Below, one piece after another: positions 51,385 through 62,540 of a DNA stretch of 64,000 bases. Within the stretch, counting starts at the first letter, position 1. Each line of letters begins with the position of its first letter. The position numbers were made by a program, and so were the translations under genes. The notes beneath the pieces are model-generated. The model made no database searches, was not told the DNA's origin, and was given only the letters and a program-made list of their open reading frames with translations. Source of the DNA: Lama glama (taxonomy: Eukaryota); contig CM052817.1 in the NCBI GenBank assembly GCA_028534125.1, positions 108,564,001 through 108,628,000 on the forward strand, given 5' to 3'.

Positions 51385-51934
51385 AGCTGGGTGTTAACAG
51401 CTCAGTTGTGACAGCAACCTGGCTCTGGGCAAGAGACCAAGCAGCACTCGGAGAGTTGGAGGTTTATTATACCAGCAAGCCCAGAATAGTTAACACTCCA
51501 AGCTCTGGAGGCTGTCTGTAGGTTTACACAGGCTTTTATAGGCTTCCAGTTTTACACTTTGCAACATCATATGCAAATAAAGTATACCAGAAGTTGACCA
51601 ACCAGGAACAAGCTTTGTAGAAATAGACCAATCAGGAGTGAGAGAAATAACCAATCAGGAGTGAACTCCATGCAAATGAAGTACTACAAGTGGACCAATC
51701 AGAAGTTAGGGAAGTGGACCAATCAGAAGTGAGACTAATAACTAATCAGGAGTGAAGGAACTAACCAATCAGAAGTGAGCTCAGGGAACCAATAGAATTT
51801 TAGGGGTAAGTAAGCCGTTTCAGAGGCAAAAAGTGAGATAGAGCCTCTGGGCCAGGGAACTGGATGGTACTGGCAGGAGAGTAGTGGCCCTGCCTAGGGG
51901 TCCTGCCGGTCTTTTTATGAGGCTTCCCGTCTCA
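51385..51934 (-). mobile_element. Solo ERV LTR with a CCAAT-box array
   Basis: 550 bp between ctac repeats (51381-51384 and 51935-51938). The minus strand begins TGAGAC, then CCAAT repeats, TATAAAA (51540-51534) and AATAAA (51468-51463), i.e. U3-R-U5 order. The other terminus is not a perfect CA. Confidence 0.85.
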
Positions 51935-54246
51935 CTACTTCTGTTGAAGGCCAGGCTGCCTCTAGACTGGTTTGGGAAATATATTAGAAAGGAGAAGCAA
52001 ATGTATTCCCATTAAAACACCTGAGTGTAATTTCTGTTGATTATGGTGTCATGGATACTTTAGGAGCTTTGAGAAGTTGGTGAACTAAATCAGAATTCAC
52101 CAATTCGGTAAAAAAATTCTAGTGGTAATAAATATCAACGGTTATCATCCTTTCTCCACACAGTTCCCTTTAAAATGCAAACAAGGCAGTTGTTTCTTTA
52201 AGAGTCACTTTCAAAGTAAACACAGTGTTAAGGCAAAAAAGTAAAAATGCATATGGAGTCAATATTTCACTGATCAGATTTCACCGATCAGTCAAATTCC
52301 ATCACTATTGAGAAATTACACAGTTACATGTAAGCACCCCAGCGATCTTTTCAGCCCCAGAGTGGCTTTTCAGAAGGTGATCATCAAGGAAGCCTGGGAG
52401 GCTACAGTTCTTATAGAGAAATAGGAAAATAAAATTGGAATACAGGCGTTAACTAGGCAAACGAGACTTCCTGGAAAGTCTGCGAAGCACCTACGTGGTG
52501 TGTCACTCACTCTGGAATACAAGAGCATTTTTGGTTTGAAATTAAGCACTTTGTGCCCAGTGTCTGAAATACGCTAGTCTCTTGGTAAGATTTCACGCAG
52601 ATGGAAGTGGAAGCACTAAGGACTAATGTGGGGCAGGGAGATGCTGCTTGGCAGTTGTTTGCACAGGCGCTGCCTGGAGGCCCCAAGACACCCGGTGAAC
52701 TGGGGGAGAAGATCTCTGCACCAGGATGTCTTGGTGTCTCGGCCCCAGGGCAGAGGTTCTGCACCTGCCTGGGTGTTTCCACTCTGGTTAAGGAAGTCAG
52801 CTTTTGTGTAAGTGTGAGTAAAAGCCGTTATGGAAATTCTTTCCCCACTGCAAGCAGTAATTCAGGAGCTGGATTAAGGCTGTCATCTGTTGCCTGAAAA
52901 TACTCTATGAATTATCTTAAGTACTTCCAAAGCAGGTTTGCTTAAGAAAGCTAAGATTTACATTAAAAGCCTTTTCTTTTTTTTTTTTTCTGCCCCTTGG
53001 GAAGAATAATGGAAAAGGCTCTGAGGTGGCAATTATCTAAGACTTTCAGATGAAATCTGAGCAGGGAACTGGGACTGAGCGTGGGTAACTCCCAAGTCAG
53101 CCCGTGCAAGGGTCTGATGACTTCTTTGAAATTGTGCTTTTAGGTTTCATAGTATTGCTAAAGAGGAAATGCCTTTTTCCAGAAGAATAACATTCTGATA
53201 GAGTTCTTTTTTTTTTTTAAGGCATTTTCCTGCCAGGTCTAAGTTAATGAAGTAGTATTAAGTATAATTAGTTGTTTTAGGAGAAGACATGCTAAAGACA
53301 CTGGATTGTTCCAGAGACAGAGACAGTGCCTGCCAAGGCTTGACCTCCCATGCTTGAGTGAGGCGGTGTTGAGACATGACATGTCCTTTGGGTGAGATTC
53401 TTTAGAAACCATCTCAAACCTTATGACAGAAATGTTTTCCTTTCTTTTGGGAACCTGATGAGTGATGCTTTGTGGTTTTCTAACCCCAGCGCTGCTCACA
53501 GTAGTAAAGAGAACCCCTGGGTCCACCCAGATAGACGGTGTTTTGTTTTTAAAGCCAGGGGACCCCTCTCAGACTTGGTCTTCTCCTGACTTCCCCCTGA
53601 ATGTAATATTTTTGTGCTGCTTTGTCACCTTTGGGAACTCCAAAATTACTCCATGAGCAGATGTCAGGAAGGGTGCAGCTGATGGAAGTCTGTGATGGTG
53701 ACAGAACATTAATTAAGTGACAGTACTGATTAAGAATTGTGCATTTGGGCTGCAGAGTTAAATCGGTTCCCCAACATCTTGGGATCGTGCGTTTCATTTA
53801 CCCTAAAACGTTCTGTTTTCTCTTCCGATGGAACTCCTCCTTACCCAGGAGGGCTTCGCTGTCGGCCCTGGCTGGCCGCAGTCCCTGCGGTGTGAGTGAT
53901 GTGACATCCTTCTGCGTCACTGAGCAATTCAAGGGCCTGAAGGCTTTAGAAGCACCATCTTGGACCTTCTGTTGCAGGCCCTTTGCATCTGTTTTTTTCT
54001 TCTTTATTTAGACTGCAAGGCGGTGGCCAAATGCAATTTAGCTTAATTAGGTGCTCAAGTCATTTGACTTGGAGAAATGTGTGATGTTGTTTTTTAGCTG
54101 TAGTTTTGTATTAAGCTGATTTTTACAACTCCAGCCTTCCTATGTAGATCATAGAAGTACCCACAGACCCATTTCTTTAATATCTGCTACTGGCTTGGGT
54201 TGTAGATACAGGTCATCTTGTTTATTCTTTGTAATAACTCTATGAG

Positions 54247-54402
54247 GGGCGAGGGTGTAGCTCCGTGGCAGAGCACATGCTTAGCGGGCACGAGGTCCTG
54301 GCTTCAATCCCCAGTGCCTCCATCAAAGTAAGTAAATAAACCTAATTACCTCCACCCTAAAAATTAAATAAATAAAACAAATTTTTTTTTAATTTTTAAA
54401 GA
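54247..54402 (+). mobile_element. tRNA-derived SINE (Vic-1-like)
   Basis: A and B boxes and aataaacctaattacctcc; 14-bp TSD aataactcta(t/g)gag at 54233-54246 and 54403-54416. Confidence 0.92.
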
Positions 54403-56549
54403 AATAACTCTAGGAGAAATTATTCCCATTTTACCTGGGAGAAAATACACTCAGAAAAATAGGAAGCTAGACTAAGGTGCAGAGCAAATACATAGGGAAA
54501 AACTTATAGTCAAACCATGAATCTCACCCACCGTGTATGATATCCCTAATCAACTTTCCCCAGTAAGAACTTTTTCTTAACATTTTATTTGGAGAAAAGT
54601 GCAAGTTGACCTTCATTTGTAAGAAAGAGCCCCGTACCCTCCACCTGATTTTCCCCAAGGGCGGCGTCTTGTGTGACTCTCCGTAGGGCAGTATCACGAC
54701 AGTGACGCTGACACAGCCCCCCGACCTCCGAAAGACATTTTTGAATGAAAATGCATGACACCGTAGTAGGTAGTACATGAAAGTGTTCTGTGAAAAGACT
54801 CAGAAATAAAGGTTAAAAGGATGTTTCGTGAATCTGTAGTTTTTAAAACGCCTCCATCGAGACGAACAAGAGAGTACACATTTTTGCATCACTCGGTGGC
54901 TTCAGAATTTCAGCTGAAGCCAGGAGGGGAGTTTCTTATCATCTCCTTCATCTGAAAATCAGTAGTGTGGCACAGAACCATCCTTTGCAGCTGGGAGGAG
55001 GACATCTATCATAGACGAAAGCTTACAAAACCAAAAATAATACCGCCCATCACCCCTCGGGACGTGGGATTCAGAGTGAGTGTGGGAAACCTCGTCGCTA
55101 TAAATACATCCATGAGTAAGGCCCTGCTGCCTCTGAGACAGAGATGAATGAACTTTTAGGATGCTGAGAGCCTGAGATATAATCTATAGCTTTAAACTGA
55201 TGTCAGGATTCAGAACTGATTGCTTGAAAAGCCCTTCATTTCCCCAGAATAGACTGATGACTTCAGGGCTACTAGATCTGTTCTCATGCAGAATGTGTAT
55301 AATTTGGTTCCAATAGGTACGGTATGTGGGAATATTTACATAGTCCGCGGAACTGTACCATTTGTAGAGGTTAAACTATTACAAAAGCAAAATACAGCAG
55401 CGTGCGATGTTTTCCAGGTATGTTTTAATCCTAGAATTCAGTGGAATCCAGCTTACGAACACCCTGGGGCTGATTTTTTGTTTAGGTCACGACCTTTTCT
55501 TTAAGCAAGGATATGCCACTTTGAAGTCTTGATGTATTTCTTCCAAGAATCACAGCCATGATGCTTTGATGTTGACTTGCAGTTGACTTTAAGTCAACCT
55601 GAGAACTCAAAGATACCTTTCGAAGCAGTCGAAGTGCAGAATTCCTGTAGGATGCTGTGAGGTTTTTCCCTCCTGTGCCCTGTCTGTCATCCCCACCTGA
55701 ACAGCATCTTTGTATAGTAACTCATTTGGGATGGAATCCTTCCAAAGCGCATTCATCTAAGTTTTCAAAGAGGCGACACCTGTTTGACTGGGTTACATAA
55801 CGTGTAAATGAGGAGCGTTACAGGAACAAGTACCACTGATAGGAACAGTTCGGGGAACAAATGCAGGTATTTCTTGGTAAGCGTCAAATCCAGCTGGTGG
55901 AGCAGAAAGGATGCCGGTAGCATTCTGTGGGTTATGGGAATCGTGGGTCTGCATGCTTTGCACGACAGGAAAGTTACCTGAAGCAGGAGGCCACTTGAGT
56001 GAAGGTCGGCTGAGATAATGCGTCTTGTCCTTTGTCCGGTTTTCAGATGGCTACTGCCTCATGCTGTGTCCCCGGAAAACTGGAAATTAAATGAGTGGGG
56101 CCAATGGAAACGTCGTTGGTAACTGCCTTCGTGTGTCTGTCAAGGCGGGAATGGGCTGCCCGGCACACTGTAGACGGGGAATGCATTTTTAGTCTCTTCT
56201 GTCAGTTTTCCTATGATTTAGCTCCACTGTGTTTTGAGCTTTAGAGGATAGCTTGACCCCTGGAAGTTACTTAGTTTGAAGGAGTGAGTTTTCTACTAGG
56301 GAGCTGCCCTTTAAGGAGAACTCTGGGTGAAGATTTAGAAGGAGATAGTTTTATCTTATTGAACAAGTGAAATGACTTATGAAACGTATTAGATATTCAC
56401 CAGAGTAGTGGGGGAGCGGGCTTTCCTTTTTTCCCTCCCCTTCCTCCTTCCTTCCTTAATGTTTGACTTTTGTTATTTTGAAGTTAGTATCTCACTCTGT
56501 GTTTACTTAGGGAAATGCCACACTTTCTTGTTTGTTTTTCAGCTCTCCT

Positions 56550-57455
56550 TGTTTTGTTTTGTTTTTATTGAAGTAGACTCAGTTTACAATGTTGCATCAG
56601 TTTCTGGTGTACAGCATAATGTTTCAGTCATACATATAAATACATGTATTTGTTTTCATATTCTTTTTCATTACAAGTTACTACAAGATATTGAATATAG
56701 TTCCCTGTGCTATAAGGAAGAAACTTATTGTTTATCTGTTTTATATATAGTAGTTAGTATCTGCAAATCTCAAACCCCCAATTTATCCCTTCCCACCTCG
56801 TTCCCCTCCTGGTAACCGTAAGTTTGTTTTCTGTGTCTGTGAGTCTGTGTCAGTTTTGTGAATAAGTTCATTTGTCCTTTTTTTTTAGATTCCACATATA
56901 AGTGGTACCATATGATACTTTTCTTTCTTCTCTTTCTGGCTTACTTCACTTAGAATGACAATCTCTAGGTCCACCCATGTTGTTGCAAATGGCATTATTT
57001 TATTATTTTTTACGTCAGAGTAGTATTCCATTGTATAAATATACCACAGTTTCTTTATCCAGTCATCGTTGATGGACATGTAGGATGTTTCCGTGTCTTG
57101 GCTATTGTAAATAGTGCTGCTATGAACACTGGGGTGCAGATGTCTTTTTGAATTAGAGTTCCCTCCAGATATATGCCCAGGAGTGGGATTCCTGGATCAT
57201 AGAGTACACCTGTTTTTAGTCTTTTGAGGAATCTCCACATTGTTTTCCACAGTGGCTGCATCAAACTTCATTCCCACCAGCAGTGTAGGAGGGTTCCCTT
57301 TTCTCCACAGCCTCTCCAGCATTTATCTTTTGTGGACTTTTAAATGATGGCCATTCTGACTGGTGTAAGGTAATGATATCTTATTGTAGTTTTGATTTGC
57401 ATTTCTCTGATAATTAGTGATACGGAGCATTTTTTTCATGTGCTTATTGACCATT
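56550..57455 (-). mobile_element. 5'-truncated L1, about 900 bp, including a frameshifted ORF2 C-terminus
   Basis: Minus-strand ORFs [15 protein letters not shown]...YDPGIPLLGIY...CTPVFIAALFTIAKT and DDWIKKLWYIYTMEYYS are the conserved L1 ORF2 C-terminal region, followed by the 3' UTR and tail. Confidence 0.96.
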
Positions 57456-58019
57456 TAAGTTAAACCAACTCCTTAGTTCGAACCAGGTGTCCTGCTTTCT
57501 AAGCGACCACCTGCCCCTCCAACACAGGCTGTGCACTGACTTGCTCGTCTCCTCGTGCTGCGGGAGAAGGGGGCTGAGTCTGTCAGCCCCCACTGCCCCC
57601 CAGCCCCGTGCCAGCCTCCCCAGAATGGTGAACAGATCAGCTGAAGACACCCAGCTTCAAATGAGCTACGGTTCATTTTCCTCATGAACCATCGTGACCC
57701 ACACAGAACACACCTTCGTGAAGGCTTGGCTCAAACCATGGTTTGTTACACCTTGCAGACATGTGTGCTACTGTAGACGTGGTCAAAAATTTTTAAATAT
57801 ACTGATTTAGGGCAAGAGTAGCTTGGAGTCAGATTATGCCTGTGAATCTGACCTGAAAACAGAGGTAATGTATTTGTTGACCTTTGCCCCCCAACCTGTC
57901 TCAGCAGGAGTATTTACTCCTCTGAGGTCGTGGCTACTGCCAAGGTGCCCTTGACCTCAGGATCACTGACCTTGACCTAGACTCTTTCCCGAGGCCTCAC
58001 TGCGAGGGGGTTATGTGCC

Positions 58020-58190
58020 TGTGGCCCTGAGTCTGGAATCCTCACTGTTCCTCTGAACTACTTTTGCAACCCTGGGCAAGTTTTCCTGCCCCCAGAATGT
58101 GAATGACCGAAGTTTCTGCCTTACAGCCTTGTTGAGGATAAAATATCAAATGCTTAGCCCAGTGCTTGGGGTGAAGTAGTCAACAAACGT
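58020..58190 (+). mobile_element. MIR fragment
   Basis: tttgcaaccctgggcaagtt...cttacagccttgttgaggataaaat...tgcttagcccagtgcttgg. Confidence 0.55.
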
Positions 58191-58372
58191 GTTGTTTTAA
58201 GTCAGATTCACTGGCATGACCTGGGTCCAAGCTACTCTCTCCCTAAATCAGCATATTTAAAATTTCTGGCCATATCTACATGGGCACACACATGCACATG
58301 CACAAACACACAATTGTATTTTAAAATATATGTGTATGTGTACATGTATATATTATGAAGTAATACTTAACC

Positions 58373-58472
58373 NNNNNNNNNNNNNNNNNNNNNNNNNNNN
58401 NNNNNNNNNNNNNNNNNNNNNNNNNNNNNNNNNNNNNNNNNNNNNNNNNNNNNNNNNNNNNNNNNNNNNNNN
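58373..58472. other. Assembly gap (100 N)
   Basis: N run. Confidence 1.
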
Positions 58473-60650
58473 ATTTCTTCTTTTTAAGAATGTTGGTGCA
58501 ATGTACTCAAGTGATTTCACAACCCACTAAACATGTCACAACTTGAGTTTGAAAAATCTGACCTAGCGTATAAACAGGTGTACCATTTGTCCATGAAAGT
58601 GTATGACTTTTGACCATTTTACTTGCTTTTCTGGGAAAATACCATATTATGCTAAAATATGTAAGAATTCACTCTTAAAATCCCCAAACTGATATTAAAG
58701 AACACCTTCCTTTATAACCTACAATACCTACAATGGATTTTAGGAAGCCCAGATTCAGTGTTGGGTTGAATGTTGACCATCCATGTTGACATGTTGAAAA
58801 CGTAACTCCTTTTTGGAACTTGTCCCTGGGGGGTCACTTTCCAGGATTGTACTGATACCTCAGTCATGATAGGTACTACTGATTGAATGCCTTCCTATAT
58901 GACGTTAAAACGGACAACTTGTTTGTGATGATGGACTATTGGTTTAGTTTGCTTTCCCACTTGGCTTTTGAAGAACTCATCCGCCTTTTAGTGCAGGAAT
59001 TTAGGGCTCACTTTGTGGTGTCAGAGTCAACAGTCCAGAGTCCAGCCAGCCCCCGGAACTGGCTGGTGCTCGGGGCTGTGAGCACAGGTGAAGGTCTGCT
59101 CTTGCAGACCCTCCAGCCCTCTGCACATGTTCAGGGAAAGCAAAGAAGAGGCTGGTGCTGCCGTGGAAGGTCTCAGGGTGGTGCTCATAAAACACGGGAG
59201 TGTGAACTTGTTCTCTGTGCGCTCCGTGGCAGAACTGGAAACACAGATGAAAGGTTTTGGAAAGCACAATCCTTCATTGTTTAGACAGGTCTCTAGGCTT
59301 CCTAAACTGTGCACACTGTGAAATGGGGCCCTTACTGGCATTTACTCTTTGTGTATGAATGACACTTCTGCCTGAAGAGAGAGCATTTGGGGTAAAAAAT
59401 AAATAAATAACTTGTCACTCAATGGAGACGTTTTGCTTGAAAGGTATTTTCGTTTCACAACATTTCTCTGCTCATCTTAGGCGTTCTGATTTTGACACGC
59501 TGGTTTTTGTTGTGAAACATCTGCTCTGAGATTTTTACTTTGTTTTGCATCTGTGTAAGGTGACTGCTGCCGATGTGTTTCAGTACCTTCAGAACAATTT
59601 CCTTGGGATAAACGTGATGCCAAATAATTAGAGCTAAGCATTTCTCATGGAGTGGGAAATACTTAGGTCTTAATTCAATTCCAAATTGGCTCAAATTTCC
59701 CACCAATACTGCCATTTTATTCATATTCTGAATAAGTTATATTAATACAACTGTATTTTTCCTTCCTTTATTTGGATTATGGTGCCAATGAAATCTGTAT
59801 GTTTTCCCTCTTTTATCCACTTGTAAATATACAGCTATTAATACTTATTTAAGAATCTTCGTACCTACCCGCCCACTGGCCTACTTTTGAGAATATTGAG
59901 AATTTTAGCCTGTTGTCCCATTTGTTTTAAGCAGACAAAGATGCCAGACTTTTTTCTTAACCCTTGGGACTGAGGGAAAATATTTACAGATGTTAACCAT
60001 GGGGAAAGTACTTTTCATAAAGCCCTTTTGATCTCCATGAATAATAAACAGGAGGGTTTCATTAAGTGTATCAAAGTTTCCAGGCCTTCCTAGAATAGAT
60101 TTGCAAGTTGATGGCCAAATGGAGATTAGACTTCCAGCCCCATCATGGCAGGGTATCTCACTGGTCCCACCACAGTGGAACGTAGGGGGTACACGTTTTT
60201 AATATGTTTTAAGACTCACCTTTGCATTGCGTCTGTGTGAAGTGACCGCTGCTAATATATTTTATTACTCTTAGAACAATTGTGTTGGGGATTTCATAAT
60301 ACTAAACAATTAAAGCTAAATAATTAATATGTAAAACTTTGTTTCTAAGATTTATTTAACTGCTATAAAATCTTTGTTTCCACGTGCTTTGTATTCAGCA
60401 GATTTCTCCACAGTCAACGTGGAAATCAGTTCTTTACCCTTCAACTCTTATTCTACATAATTCTTATTTATCGTGTCATTTTGGTACATTTTTCACATTG
60501 TTTCCTGTTTTGCCTTTTGATTTCCAAAAGTTGTTAACTCTTTTCTTGATAAAAAAGAAAATCCATCTTTGAGGTCTCTCAATTTGGATGTTTTAAAGGC
60601 ACATCAAGCTCAACGTGGTCCTTTTTAAATGTTCAAGTTCCCTATAAATG

Positions 60651-61146
60651 TGTTGTTGACCTAACACCAATTATTTCTCCAGAAATGGATTTACTTGGGG
60701 TCAACAAAGAATTGCAATTTCATGTCCACAGCCATGGTGAGCTGCATGCAGGTCCTCCCATAGCAGGAAGAGAAGACCTCTTTTATAGAGGGGACAGGAA
60801 GTGAGGCTGCAGTAAACCGAGAGTCCATTGGAGGAGCTGGGAGAGGGAAGTGTGGTGGCTTTTCATTGGCTGAGCCAGGGCAGGCTCTCCTGGGCTGAGC
60901 TGGGACAGAATCTCATTGGCTGAGCTGGGACAGGCTCTCATTGGTTGAGCTGAGAAAGGCTCTCACTGGCTGAATCAGAACAGACTCTTATTGTCTGAGC
61001 CTGACAGGCTCCCACTGGCTGAGCTCTTGCCAGGTGAGAAGGGCATTGTCTCCTACCTTTTGGGCTCTGCTATCACCACAGGGCATGAGACTTCCATCTC
61101 CTGGCCTCCTGACTCTAACTGGGATTCCTATTTTCTCATTTTCACA
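60651..61146 (-). mobile_element. Solo ERV LTR containing seven copies of a 25-bp CCAAT-bearing repeat
   Basis: TGTTG...TCACA termini, minus-strand TATAAAA at 60787-60781, and unit ctctcattggctgagctgggacagg repeated over about 60860-61030. No clean TSD. Confidence 0.75.
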
Positions 61147-62332
61147 GAATCACAAATTGCACGTGAACCACAGTAATTACACTTTCTTCAGGGATTGTGG
61201 TAGTTCATCAGCACACCTTGCTCTGCAGGACTGCCTGGTGCTCTGTGTTCCTGCTACCTCGCAGGGTGCCCGTTGCCCGGGGAGCACTGCATGGTGTTCA
61301 GCGAGTGAATGGGTGATAACTGATAGCTTCATGGGTGTTCTGGGCTCAGATGACATCCTGTGACAGCCAGTGGCACAGGCATGAGTGGTGCCAGCTGGAC
61401 AGACGCCAGTTTTGCATTCTGTGTTGATTACATCAAGTCCTAGAGCCTGAAGCCAGGGAGGGGTAGCCCTGTGTCCACCAGGAATGCTGGTCCTGGGAAA
61501 ACCTTGGTGGTTTGCCTGGGAAATCAGTGTCACTTTCAAGATGTGAAATTGATGCTTATATTATGTAAATTTAAAAGTGAGACAGGAGGAAAAAACTCAG
61601 GTTATAAGAAGGAATAAAAATGCACAAATTCCTACCCTGTGAGTGGCCTGAATTACTCATTTCTTAGTAGAGCACCATAATATCTATACCTAAGTTTATA
61701 TCACACCTTTCAAATTACATGGTACTTTTACATGCATTCACGTGTGCATTGTAATAGGTAACTGAGACTTTTAAAGTGTCAGTAAATAATTGGTGCAAAT
61801 TCCTGTGTTTACTTCTTAATATTTTTATTTTGAAAGCTTGGGATGAGTCGGGTTTGCAGTAGCACACAAAGCAGTGGGCCCTGGTGGCCAAAGTAGGGCA
61901 GAGAGTCTTTGTATTATTAATATTTGAATATTTTACTCTACCCAACTTCAGAGAGTTTCAAAATTGGGAGAACCCTTTAAATTAATCTTGTTGCATAACT
62001 TCCATCTGAGTCACAATTCTGTTTACCAAACAAAAGGACTTTGTGACTTTGACACAAAACTTACGATTTCATTCTGTTTTAGCTGTTGAGGTCACTCCAT
62101 TTCAAAACAGTCTTGTTTTTAGAAGTTTCTTTTTTATATTAAGCAAAAATCTTTCTTGTCTTCACTGCCTCCTACTGGTCCTAATTGTTCCTTTGAAACT
62201 GCATGTAATTATTCTATGACTTTTTCCTTCACTAGTAATGTATTGCCTTAAAAAATATACCTATGCACATTATCTGATTTGAGCTTAAAACCACCCAGGA
62301 AATTACTATCTTTGTCATATAGATAAATACTC

Positions 62333-62540
62333 AACAGATGACTGGATAAAGAAGTTGTGGTACGTATATACAATGGAATACTACGCAGCCATAAAAAAGA
62401 ATAAAATAATGCCATTTGTAGCAACATGGATGGACCTGAAGATCGTCATTCTAAGAAGTGGGCCAGACAGAGGAAAAAAATACAATATGATGTCACTTAT
62501 ATGTGGAATCTAAAAAAGAAAAAGAACATAAATGAACAAC
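62333..62540 (+). mobile_element. L1 fragment (ORF2 end), part of an insert that interrupts a MIR
   Basis: acagatgactggataaagaagttgtggtacgtatatacaatggaatactac...aataatgccatttgtagcaacatggatggacct. MIR-like halves lie at about 62265-62330 and 62768-62880. Confidence 0.9.

Noticed and set aside
55582..55598. Palindrome gttgactt-t-aagtcaac
   Set aside because: An 8-bp arm palindrome is plausible by chance in 64 kb, and there is no supporting context.
56885..57264. ORFs with strong protein-like motifs
   Set aside because: Frameshifted L1 ORF2 C-terminal remnants in a truncated copy, not a host gene or an active element.
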